From NCBI GenBank assembly GCA_002633005.1, contig NMRA01000035.1:124001-188000 (forward strand): 64,000 nt of DNA. Reading direction: 5' to 3'. The notes under the pieces were generated by a model. It did not search any database, was not told the DNA's origin, and saw only the letters and a list, made by a program, of their open reading frames with translations. This DNA comes from Phoronis australis (Eukaryota; Animalia; Phoronida). The position numbers and the translations under genes were made by a program. Shown one piece after another: positions 40,601 through 53,800 of this stretch (position 1 is its first letter; each line of letters begins with the position of its first letter).

Positions 40601-43004
40601 GTTTTGCATGTTCAGTCTTGCGCTTCTATGATTTCCCCAGACCAAATCAAATGGAATGACGAACGTTATCATTTACCTTCATTCCACCTGCTACGATTTC
40701 TCAAGAACAACATACAGACCCAATGGCAAGAATAGAGTAGGCCATTCCAAGTGCATTTTTACTTAGGTCAGCTATCAAATCAGCCAAGAGAAATATCAGT
40801 TAAATTCAAAGTTATACCTTATGGTGAGTCTCACGTGCACTTGGACCACGGTGGAGTAGTTTTGGTGATATGCGCTGGAGGACGTTGTCTCCAATCACAA
40901 GATGGGCACTAGCCGAGGCGCAGAACGTCGCCATTTGTGTAGTGGCCAAGTCGACGCAGGCAACCACCACAAATGAGCACTAATGTTTCAAATGCTTGCT
41001 CAAGCATCAGTGACTTAACACACAGCCTAACCCAGGTTCTATATAATAATACTCCATTGATTTTTGCAGCTTAATTCTATAAAATATCAGCAAATATAGG
41101 TGTATTAGAGACAGCAGCTAAATTAGGTAAACAAAGACTCAGCAGTTTCCCAGCTTCACCATTGTGATAGAGCTTCAGGTTTCAATATTGATAAACACTG
41201 TCAATGATTCTTGTAGGCTCTCCATTAGTAGCTACCAGTAGCTGGCTGGTCGACACACCTGAACATCCAGAAAGTGTACCTCGTATCCGAATCCCTGAGC
41301 ACGAAAATTGACAGCAGTGATGACACAAATTGCCGACAGTGCGAGCCTCTGCGTCAGTGAATTGAATCTTTTAGCGCACTTTGCTACATATAAGAGCCAG
41401 CAATCTGCCAACAGGGCTTCAGACGGCTTTGAACCGAGATAACAACAGAGAAGCTCTCAAAGCCTGCAAGTGGGTTATTAGAATTTCCAATGTAGCAGGA
41501 ACGAGTTCTGCAATTAATGAGCTTAAGTTGTATTATCGCCGACATGATTAAGAAAAAGTGTCACATTCTAATCAACGTATTTTTCACTAATAATTCGTAG
41601 GCCTTTAATTAAAAATTGTTTTCCCAAAACAGAGGGTCAGGACTGACTGATATGCTTTCATAGAATTTTTCAAAATGCAAAATGCTTTCTAATTCATTTC
41701 AACAAGTCTTATTCTTAATAAAACTGCGAAAACAAAATGTTGGTAAACAAAACAAATGCAATAGCTATAGCAACAACTGACAGCTAAGTATTCCAATACC
41801 AAGTACAAACAACATAGACACTCTCATCAAAGTTTCAGGAAAACAGATAACTCAAAAAAATAACTGTTGAAATGAAAAAAGTAATGGTGATTACACCTAA
41901 CCATCAAGGGTTCACACAGGGAGTCATCTGAACACTCAATATCTTACCTGTACACACCTGAAGATGTTTTATAGTCAATAAAGTGAAAAGTCATGTTTTG
42001 CAATGACTTTCTCCGCTATTGAGGTTATTTTTAAATAGTAAAGGCCCTCTCCCAGACAGATTAACTTCATTGCTATTGAAGCTTTGCTGTTAAGCATAAC
42101 CGTTCCCATCAGCTTCGGAGTAAGCCAGAAAAAATTAAGCATTCCCAACGTAGCAAAGTGTTGACGCTGCCCCGTTAAATCCACCTGTTTACTTCGAAGT
42201 TAACTCGTACGCCGTTAACACGGATCTAAGGTCGAAGTTGAGTGTTCCCATTGACTGAAACTTTGGAGCTGGTGAAAAAGGCCTTTAACAGTGCTATGGC
42301 CAAAGACTGATATCTTAAATTACCTTACAAACATCAAGGCATTACTGTAGGTGTTTTTCTCATCAAAACATACATTGTGGGTGATCTGCTGCACAGGCAA
42401 GACTTTCAGATTGCAGTGTGTGAAAAAGCTGTGAAAATAGCGACCTAAATTCTTATGTTATTTCGAATAAATCAAAGCAGTATTTTTTCAGTATTTAGCA
42501 GCCAAAAATGAAAGTTGCACTTGAGCTCCAAAAATTGATCCATCAATATAGTTTACGATAGGAGTTCATTTCAGTTGCCAAGAAGAACATCAAAACCATG
42601 GTACTCGAGAAAACACCTCAAAGTTTTTTGGGGGTTGACAAACCCTTAAACTGAGAATTCGAAAATGTATTCCCTGTGACTTGAGTAGCAAGGTCATTCA
42701 ACAACAAATCCGGATCAGAGCAGAATGACTATAGAGTTTGAGGATTATTTGAATGCTTGAAACACATGAGCAATACATGCATACATTTACCCAAGTATTG
42801 CTCTTACTACCAGGCAATGGTAGAAAATGGCTCAGCATCAATGAACAGTAGATCCCTTTCGTTAAAATTACGAACCCCAATCACACGCTTTACCATTTCC
42901 TATCGCTAAAAGATCTCATCAATGAGATTCGGCAAAGCATTTGTTCTACCAAGCCCGTGTGGGCCTTTATTCCCTGATGCATCAGATATGTTTAACCATA
43001 TGTA

Positions 43005-43330
43005 GGACCCTTGGAAAATGGCTAAATTTGACAAACATTGGAACATCTTATTTCAGAAATGGCTGGTCATATTCAAATGAAACTTTCAGAATTCATATAC
43101 CATGCCTTGTGCTCCGTTCTCTAAAGCGCTGCTCGGAATTGTTTTTAAAATTTTCTACTTTTGCATGGATTTTTACACCTTTCATGCAATAAATCAAAAC
43201 TTGCATAAAATGAAAAGGAAATAATTTAGAAAACTGCAACAGAGCTTTTGAGATTTCACCTTCAACATTTATATTGAAATTTGGTCCTGTTATTAATACC
43301 ATTGTTTTCCTCATCAACATGTATCATTCT
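43005..43330 (-). mobile_element. Old AT-rich non-autonomous element (family C, inverted)
   Basis: ggacccttggaaaatg...ttggaacatcttatttcagaaatggctggtc...atgaaactttc is the reverse complement of the family C core. Confidence 0.6.
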
Positions 43331-43663
43331 TTTTTGCTAACTTTGACTAAAAAGACACGCTCACGTCACCCAAGTAATACGAGATATTTGACTAAATCAC
43401 TGTATAGACTAGTCCATAACATTCTACATGACCTCAAGTTTTTGTTTATTTTCAATATATTTATTTCCAAATGTATGTTTTGTCTCACCAATTTTAATAT
43501 CATATTGGCTATCAAAACAAATTTCACGGTTACAAAAGAAAAAAATGTTTACATACACTAGATCATAAAACATTACCGAATACCCGAATACCCGAATACC
43601 CGGTCCAAAATCCAGACTGGCACCATAAAACCCACCTCCCGAAACAACCACTGAAGCACTTAC

Positions 43664-43750
43664 TTCTTCTATGGTATCAGATGCTTTTTCCATGTGTCCG
43701 AAAAGTGAGATGACCACTCGGTCCCCCCTGCCTGGGCTTTTCGTCGACAT
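43664..43750 (-). CDS. Candidate alternative first coding exon (MSTKSPGRGDRVVISLFGHMEKASDTIEE)
   Basis: ggcaATG TCG...GAA GAA|gtaagt gives 29 open codons in phase 0, with a purine at -3 and locally higher GC. No homology evidence. Confidence 0.55.
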
Positions 43751-46700
43751 TGCCCGCTGTCTGAAAAGTTATTTTGCGAAAGTCTCCACTCCACTTAAAT
43801 CCTGCTCTGCACAACCGATGGGAACAGCTATAGCCCACTAACGTCTGGTGAATAAACTGGCGTCTAAGTTGCATAGCAGGAATGTTGAGGCTGCTTATGG
43901 AATTGGCCTAGATGATGATACAGTGGTGTTTTTGGGTCGAGGAAAAAATGATAATTACAGGGTCATTAACAGTCAGACTTGTTTACTCAGTGTCATGTAC
44001 AACAAATGAAATTACTACAGTAGAAACTGTACTCAGTATAACCTTGCCTACGTATTTAGGACATAATATGGTAGATATGAAATTTAATTTTTTCATAAAA
44101 GATGAGTAATGTCAAACCAATGCTTCAGTTCTGTACCATAGCAACCAAGAGGCGCTTTTTGTGGACATGCACAAACATTAGTGAAAAAAAATATGAATAA
44201 CTGCGATTATTTTTCTCAGAAATTCATAAGATGCTTCCATACAAAGATTATATGTGGTGTGAATACACTGTTTTAAATGCCACGCAGACATTTTTTCGTC
44301 GAAAATTGTAGTTAGAAGCCCTAGATCCACCAGAGTATAATGATGACCAAGTAATTCTTAATCATGCAGTTTCCTGTCACTATATTCTCATGTTAAGAGT
44401 ATATGAATCACTTCTGACAAGATCTGAAACAAGTAAGCGTTACGCATTTAAGTTACCAATATGAAGATGAACAAATTAAAGCCTACATCCCCTCCCAGCT
44501 GGATGAGTCCAAGCTGTGGACCAGTGCACAGATTTGCCTGCCCTCTATTTTCCACTCAACAAACTAGAACACATCAATAAAATTCATCAAGCAGAAAGAA
44601 TGCCTTATTTGGTAAAAAGCTAGCATCACAAATCCGCTTCAAGCATTCCAGCATCCATAATAAGGTTGATTGATGCAACTACGCTTAGCAACGTATTGGA
44701 ACGATCCTCAGCCTAAATAATGGGGGGTTCAAATAACCAATAAAATAGAACATAACTCATTAACTGCAGGTACCAGATACAAGAACAAGAGAAAAGTAAA
44801 TTACAACAGACTTATGTCAGCTTAATTACCCTCGCGTTCCCTAGGGGTAAAGGCTGAATTAGTTTTGAATTTAGACAGCAGATTTATTAAGAAATTGATA
44901 CAGACAAGTACATTTGCAGTGATGGCCGAGAGAGAAGATGCATTGTGAATGCTTTCATTGTATTAAAAACGACAAGAACAAGTGCATTTGCAAAAGAGAA
45001 ACTGGATACAAAATACTTAAGTTTGAATTGTATGAATGTCTGCTGTTGAATAGGCCTACCAGTTTGCTAAAAAGCAAACCTGTTCATCTGGGTCAAAAAG
45101 AGAGTATTGAGGTTAAAGAAACACATGTGACCTTTTGGATGATAACACCATTCATAAGTTTCGGGTTTCATAGCCCTTCTTTAAGAAGACTTGGAGACCA
45201 CAGTAATAAATTTATGAATATCCTAGCATCATTTCAGAGGTCAAAAATTGTCTTTCCAAACAAATTTGCATTGGATTAACCGACTTCCGGAAAAGCATAC
45301 ACAATATTTGATTGATTAATTAAGGTAAAGAAGGTTCTCAAGATTTACGTGACTTTCTCCATCAACACACATGAGGTTTTTTCTGCATCAGACACTACAA
45401 ACTCTATAGAGAGGCCATCGTCTCACAAACATGGTATGAATATCGATTGACAGTGAAATTATATTCCCTCGGGAAGAACACTACATCATTACGATGACCG
45501 TGACAGCAGTGAAAATATTTCGCAGCTAAGGACAGTTACTAATGGCAACATTTGCCGAAGTGTGTGTGTGTTCAAGACCTCATTTCATGAAATCACATGG
45601 TCAATACTTTTGAAACATGAGTCACGACTGCTGATAAAGTCAGAGGGAAATTAAGGTCAACACATTTAGATGACAAGTAGACAATATGCTAATTTACTAA
45701 TGTATTGCTTTTTTACAAATTATCATTCGAATACAAGGTTGCAACTTCAAAAAAACACGTTAACTGTGTCTCAAATGCTATAAACATTATCAAGATATCT
45801 AATTCGTTAGATCAGGGGCAACATTTGCACGAGTACTTGAACTGCCACCTAGGGGTACACGAGAGAATGTCAAGTTTGGCATGACGACTGGTTGTAAAGC
45901 ATTGGGGTTGTTGGATGGAGATGCACCATGAGGAGTCTGGCTTGAATGCAACATTTTTAACTCATTACGTGGAGATCAAGTCTGTGACGGACACCACTAA
46001 AGGTTTGGCACAAGCAGTGTCTGTTCAAATCAATCTTTCACAAATGTTTTAAGGTCATGTAGGACCTTACTGATAAGTCTGGGTATTCAGCCTCATTACA
46101 AAACTATAGATTTTAACTCAGTAAAAGATATCTTTTTGAAAGAAGAAAGGCTGAAGAATTTGACTTTGGTCTTTTTCCAAATGTCTAATTACGTGGGTCA
46201 CGTGACCATGTATTTTTAGTAAAATTTAGCAAACAAGGAATGTGCGTTGATAGCAAACAACGGAATCAATACCATGATCAAATTGTATTTGATGTGAATG
46301 TTCAAGATGAGAGCTCAAAAATGCTACCAGTTTTCTAAAATACCGGTTTACTTTCGTCTTATGCAAAAATGAAAATCATAAAAGTTCTACTTTTAATAGT
46401 CTCTCGGGCAAAAGTGGAGAACTTTATAAACATTTCCCACCAGCATTTTGGAAAACCTACATAAAGCATTATATATAAAAGTTTCATGCCAATTCAATAC
46501 CATACAATGTTTTGAAGTTAATCACATTTGGGCATTTTTCTAGCATGCTACATAACAACTGGAAATTGCAAGCTGAAATTCTAATTTGATAAAATTATGT
46601 CAATTCCTCTATCAAACCCAGGTAATATATAAGAATGCAAACTTCGGCATTCGGCATGCTAAAATATTCAATAATTTCAAAACCAAGTCTTCCTTGCGCG

Positions 46701-49700
46701 CTGTCGTATCGCACACTACTCCACAGGAGAAATGTCCCATTAAATATTCATTTTCCCTGATGTATTTTATAATCTATAACATGGTATGTCCATTATCAAA
46801 TGTACACAGAAGTCACTCAATGGCTCCATTTCATGATCTTTAGACCAGCATAGTATTTGTGTTCACTCAACACCACCAGGTGGTGCAGTGGTGAAGCCAA
46901 CTACTTTAACATCAATTTTTGTTTATATACCGAGTTCATTTTTACCCTACGGTGACTTTTTGACATTCTGGGCAATCAATGTAAACGCAAAATTACACTA
47001 CGCGTATAATTTATGTGAAGCAATTCGAAAGCTTTAAGCTAAACATTTTTAGAGCCGAGATAAAAGTCTATGGAAAAAAGACGTCTCACAGTTAATGATC
47101 TTCTAATATTGACACCAATCTGACATTTTGACTACGCCGTATGCAACACTAAAGTCCTTTCAAGGTTTGACTTTGCATTGAACATCCAGCCATATGCGAG
47201 GAAAAAAAATCAATACACGGGTATTTTTGAATTTGTATCAAGGCATTTTCTGCACACACAATGGACTATGTGACTTAAAACATTCGGTTACAATCGGCTG
47301 TGCCACTTACGAAATAAAACCAATTAAGTCAAACAGTTAGTGCTCAGGCATTAATGGTATGTCACCAAATAATTAAATAATACGACCAGGCCTAATAACA
47401 AAACATGAATATTGGTATTTTGGCCATAGAAGGATTAGAAATAAACAAGGTACAACAAAATAACAAAATAAATCTCCCATCTCTATTTCTGACCAGAGCT
47501 GCAACCAACCTCCAATATGTTGATAAAAATGAACAAAAATGATGTGTAATAAAAACTGAACACAAGGAGCAGTTTGCTCTTCCTTTTGCCAACCTATGTG
47601 TTTATGTATCCAGAAGACTATTTTCTTACACAGCGCTTACGGTGTATGCATTTTACCCATCACCGCCAGCATTAGGTCAACTTATCAAAACAGTTTTTAT
47701 AATCGTAAAGATTGAACTGGCCTGTTTGACAAAACTGTTTTCCAAAACTTATTGTATTTGTGACAGTTTAGTTTCAGTTGCATTATCAGGGCAAAAGCAA
47801 CGTGGAGCATTGACATGCACTCACAGTGTGCATCAGCAATGGCAAACAGGTGGCACTAAAGAGTTTAGTATGGCAGACACAATGACAATTTGTCACTAGG
47901 GTGCACCACCGTCGACAGATCTATCCAAAAATCGGTACCACTAATTCTTTCCTCAATAGGAACATACACGTCAAATTCATGAAGATCCATCGAAGATGCA
48001 AAGAAAACTGAAATTGCCAAAAGGAGGCACTACAGTAGAACAGACTGAAACTAATTCTTTCACAATGTCTCACACAAATGTCATGAAAATCTGTCACTGG
48101 ACCTCAAAAATACTGAGGTGTACCTTAAATTAACTAAAATTGCCACGAGGACATACAGCAGTACACTGGTCTGTCCAAAATTCATTATCATAATTCATCA
48201 GCTCCATAAATTTCATGGAAGTTTACCAAGGGAATTAAGAGGTACAACAACAGACATTGGAAAGTGGACAACTGACAAAAATTGTGTCAATATTCATCCA
48301 CATGATGTATATGTGGGCGCATAAAAATTAGATGGGTTGGACAAGTCAATAATGGCCAAAACATCTGTAAAATTAAAGATAGAGCCCTAACCAATGCTTG
48401 AGATCAAACTGGCAATCTGCAATTCTTTCAGACAGATCTCTCTGTTCAAACAATTTGATAGGCTGGAATTCCAACAGATGTACACTGTAATCAATATTGC
48501 AAACAGTTATATAAGATAACAATACAAACCTTGTCTTGGGGCAATTCTGGTTACACACAAAGCATATGTTACTTGTCTGATTAGTTTGGATATGCAGCCT
48601 AACAGCTACACAATTGACTAGAGTTCCTTCATATGGGGTTACTCCTCAATCTTGAGATGTCTACCCTGAGATACAGCCAACTTCTCAACTTTAAATGAAC
48701 AGTAAGGCAGTCAATTTCCGGCCGACACCAGTATCCTAAAATCTCACCAATTTTGGTCCAAAAAATTCAAAAAAAATTTTTTGTTTGTTTTTGAAAGGCC
48801 GTGAATGCCCGCAATATATCAAAACGCCACTTATCTTGGTCGAGTTCAGTACCCAAAATCATATGCTCACATCCAAAATGCACGGCACTATCTTGCGTAA
48901 TCTCGCAGTCTCCCTTTTTAGCAAGGTTCGGTAGAATTACTGAACACTACCCTTCAATGAAAAATAGAAAACAAACCACAGTATAAAGTCCTTGAGTTTT
49001 AGACTTTACCAAATTTGAACATACCACATACCCAAGGTCAACTAAGCATACCCAAGGCACACTTATCAAAAAGAGACACACTTATGACTTTAAGGTTAGG
49101 GTACCCAGCCAAAAAAACGGTAAATAGGGAGATGGGGTTGTGCTAACATTCTAGATTATTTACAATGAGGATTATTCCAGTGCTTGGCCCCCACAGCAAT
49201 CAACAGCCACTTATAACAGTTGTATGAATTGAAAGTTTGGCCAACAACTATTTATGTGTATGCACTAGGTAAACTATAGGCTGCTGTGCTTTAGATGTGT
49301 GAATACACTTTATTGCTTGTCCTTGTAGCTGTTGTTTGGTTGTGAATAGTTGATGTATTTAAACAGACTGATTTATGGGTTTGATACAAGTCCTCTCTTT
49401 GGAAAATTTCAATTCAAACTACCTTGGCCACAGTGCACACCCTCTGCTAGTCATGAGCTAGGCTGTATTCCAGAACTGGCTAAACATATCAGTAATCAAA
49501 AATGTTGTACATTTTATTCTCTTTTCATTCCTATGTAATTTGTTTCTTTATAATCTTGAAACAAAAACAGTCACCCATTGTATGCCGATATTGACATACT
49601 AATGTTTTAGACATACACAATCTTTACAGCTGCTAAAGCAAGTGTTCATTTATTTACTCATTTACTAAAAGCATTGACTTATTTCTATTCTCATGTTGTT

Positions 49701-50379
49701 GAACAAGGGGTTAGCTTACAGGTCAATACACAAACACTCCACACTGAACTGCCTCATCTAGAAAACTTAATTTGATGCCACATTCCAAACAGGTGCTCAT
49801 TATCAGAAATTATGGCAGGGTAATAAAAAGGTGCCCTTTTATCTGTCACACTTTACTCATACCATCCAGTCAATCTGACCTATTTTTCGTGTAATCAACT
49901 CCCACTGTAGCCTACACTAAATCTAATCAACAAGAGTAACTTGCCCCTTTCATAATCGGTTCACTTTGCTTTGAAAATTTCCTTTAAGGCTTAAAAAGCT
50001 TTGTCTAAGCACAACTTCATACATGGTAGTTTTATAAGGCCAATCAGAGTGTGTGGACATGACGTTTAGAGCTGACAAGTCGAACAAAAAGTCGTACATG
50101 ACAATTGAGAGTGTAGACAGTGGCCCAAATAGCCTATGAACCTGTGTAGACTAGGGTTTAGTCACGTCCAACATTGTTATGATAATGCTCAAAGGGAACA
50201 GTGCAGATTTTTCTGCAGAAGTACAACTACTTCAAAATACATCTGAGTTTAAGGTTACACTAGACAACACTGTGCATTTTGCCCAATATATACAATCCTA
50301 TAAAATTCAATTCAGTGGAAGTACATATTTTCTGACATTACAAAGCCTGCAGAATTTTATTTTTGACTTGCCTGAACAT

Positions 50380-50812
50380 GTCCTTTAGTAAAATTTTGTG
50401 AAAAAGAAAGTTACAATGGTAGTGAAAGATTGGTATCAATAACACGACCAAATTCCATTTGATAAATGCTCGTGATGAAATTTCGGAAAAAAACGTCTTA
50501 GTTTTCAAAGTTTTCATTTCGTTTTTGTTTTAAGCAACTTTTGAGTTTTCTCAATAAAATCCCAGAAGTCCTATTTTGATAGCCCCTCCCATAAACGTGG
50601 AACATGTTAAAAAAAATACTCACGGAAGTCCTATTTTTATATGACCCCTCGCATAAAGGCTGAACATGTTAAAAACAATACCTAACACCATGTTGGAGAA
50701 CAGTACATAAAGTACAACATCTGAAACTTCAAAGTTTCATAAGAACGAGATCAGCCACTTCGGAGATATGATGTTCCGAACGAGGTGAAATTTGGACATT
50801 TTCCTCGGACCC
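50380..50812 (+). mobile_element. Old AT-rich non-autonomous element (family C)
   Basis: Shares aaagtttcat..gatcagcca.tt..gatgttccgaa..ttggacattttc..ggaccc with ~35400-35630 (+), ~43005-43330 (-), ~18110-18258 (+) and ~46380-46545 (+). It has an internal ~58-bp duplication at ~50566-50681. Boundaries are approximate. Confidence 0.6.
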
Positions 50813-53800
50813 TGTTTATTAGGACACTGACCTAATAAACAGGGTCACAACTCCTGCAATACTATTTGTAACACCTGGGGCAAACCAGCTTACAAACTAC
50901 AAGTCAATGATAATCACATCATTTAATGGCTCATGTATGAATTGTCTGCTGATAATGAGCTTCAATACAAGCTGGGATTCCTAGAGTTTGTGTGTAAACA
51001 AGTAAATTGAATAGGATGGCTATAAATAAAGCTTGACTGAGCTTTATCTAGATTTTGTAACTACCCTGACTGAAGAGACAAACTAAAGCAGGAATGTCTA
51101 ATTCCTTTACTGGTTTGAATGTCATGGCTGAAGGTCACACACCAGTTTAGGTCAAGACAGCTTTTACTGAAGAAAGAATTCAGTCAGAATTTGAGAAACT
51201 CATCTAAATTTGCCAATATCGTCAAACAATAATGAAAACTTATACAGACATCGCTTTCAATGCTTAAAAGCTGATAAGAACTATATCTTCCAAGAATAAT
51301 ATTTGAAAAGGCATAAAACAAGAGTTTATCAACATCTTGTTAACCAAACATGTTCTCAACTAGACTGGATTTTAGCTCTTCTTAGAACTTACTAAACAAG
51401 TTCTCAGTAAAGAAAATATCAATCACCAGCAAACCAACAAGCTACTTCCAGATTGCGCATGACACTGAAATGAGAAACTCTTCATCACAAACAATTTGCA
51501 CTTGAAACTATACATTTTTGGCCTTGGAACATAAGTAATACTACTCATTGCGCAGGCAAACAACAGTCAGGAATAAAATGTTGCAGCAGAACTCTCAGGG
51601 CTCTCAAAAGTGGCTGGCGGCCACGTGGTTTGGCTTGTGACATGATCTAACCAATACCTGACCAGCCTGTACTGCCAACATGGCGGCAAGTCATTACTGC
51701 AGTAAATGAAGATTCACCTACCACACAAATTATGAAATGCAGGAGCACAATATCGATTGTTGAGGAAAACTGATCACAAGAATGCGCAGAGGACAACTTG
51801 GGTCACACTGTTCCACTACTCAACATGTCCAGGAGTTTTAGTACTGAATCAAATAATGGGCATCGGAGAATTGACAATGACAAGAAATCCCACTCACGAA
51901 TTACAGTAGTTTGTAAAAGACTATTTATTGTACAGCAGTGCAAGAACTGACAAACCGAAAAACAACTTTCATGACTTAGAATAATGTCGATTTTCAAGAT
52001 AATAAATTCCTCAGCTCCAAATAGTTAAAAATAGAATATTTCAATATTCAGATGCATAACATTCATTTGAGGATGTCAAATCTGTTTAAAGATCGGTAGA
52101 GTTAAAGTTTCATAAAAATTGAGGTTGAAAAATAACAGTATTCTACTAGACAACTTCATGTAAAATGCTGACACTCCAAAATAATTGGCTCTCACAAGCT
52201 TTTTGTAATGTGTGAGATGCTCGGATACGGAATCCATGAAGTTGCGCGAATTTGCCAGACATTGTAACCAGATAACTGCGTTTAACTGAATTACTGATCG
52301 CAGCAGTCAAAATTTCCTATCCTCGAGAGTTAAATTAAATGAAAAATCAAAGCACAAGTAAAATTGAGTCTACAAAACACTGAAACAAATTACTTAGTTT
52401 TGAAGTAGAGAAAATCAAAGCCTCTCGGAAAATCATAATATCTTCGAATTGCCGTAACAGCTTTTCATCAACACTTGCTAAGGAGTAACATTTACTAGTA
52501 GAGTTAAACCACGTGTTACGATTCAATAGAAAGGGCATGAGGAGTCTAGGCACTTCAAAAGAATGAAATTTTCCATAAAAAATGCCATCTTTTTTTCAAA
52601 CTATCACTGATTTATTAAAGTCTGTTTTGAAAACAGAAAACTGAGCATTGGCAAAACTGTGAAGCTCACCATAGACGGACATGCGTAAGTAGGATTTTCG
52701 CATAACTTGGCCAAAGTTCAGCGGTTCTGTAGTATCGAGTTTTACTACGTAGCTCATGTGCTCATCCTTTCGGATAAATTGGATTTCCCAATACTTGGAC
52801 GAAATCTTGTGGTGTGGTTGGATCCAACTTAAGCGAATTTCACTCTAATTATAATATGCTGTAGGCTAACCTTGGAAACGGTAAATGTGTTCTCAAATTC
52901 TTGAAAAATGAAAGTAGGTCTAACACAGTTCAGAAAATCTAAGAAAAGTGATGATACGCCATAACCACCATGCCAGCATGCCTGATTTTATCTCCACGGC
53001 AACAATATAGTTAGACCTAGCTACAGCCTAGTGATTATCACAAGGATACCTGCCATGTGTAGACACAGAACAATTCCTATTGATCAGACTGTGGCTTTCC
53101 GATTAACTCGGGGAGATCTGCGAAACCAGAATAATTTATTGGGATTCTTTGACAAGACGGCAAATGTTGCACATGCTGACATACATGTACTCTTCAAAAA
53201 TACTACCAATTTCTTCATTTTACCCCAAGAAATAACTGTTACCAAATTCCAGAAACAAAAGTGAGGAGATTTAATTATTTCACAACATTAGATAAACTGA
53301 GGCATGGTAAAATGTCTGAAAACATACCTGCGTCAAATTTTGAAGGACATATGGTAACACCAATTTCACATAAAAATAGTTGCCAAAACTGACCCTTTTC
53401 ATATTTCAAAATCTTCTGACATTGTCCTGAATAATCAGTTCTTTAAAACATTGTGTGCTGGTTGCTACATAGTTTAGGACTTGAAAATTTATTTTGTGGT
53501 ACTTTTTAAAAAAATTAATAACTTCAATTTCACATTTCCTGCATATGTTTTATGTAACTTCTAGTGTGAACGGCTCTTAGAAGTACGTCCACACCACAAA
53601 CTACTCCGGAACACATTACTCCTGGAAGGAGTTACCATAAGGTTTATCAGAAGTGTGGGCACTATTTGCACTCAGGTGCAACTCAACCCATCTTATCAAG
53701 GTAGGGTAACATGCTTTGGGTAAACTTACGCCGGCACAAATCGCAGCGAGCGTTGCAAAAGTAGGTCAGCTCCAAAACATCACATTTCTGGTACTTTGAC

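Noticed and set aside
52670-52682. ATG TCC GTC TAT G|gtgagc as a first exon
   Set aside because: The first ATG gives phase 1, which is out of frame with exon 2.
14300-53403. Other ATG-donor phase-0 matches (MFTLHLL ~14300, MATVALK 27862-27882, MPYHLL...LLP ~38338-38403, MK 40677-40682, MKRVSF...LTQ ~53329-53403)
   Set aside because: They have weaker donors or Kozak contexts, intron-like composition, or lie in repeat-like sequence. They show the false-positive background for the first-exon search.
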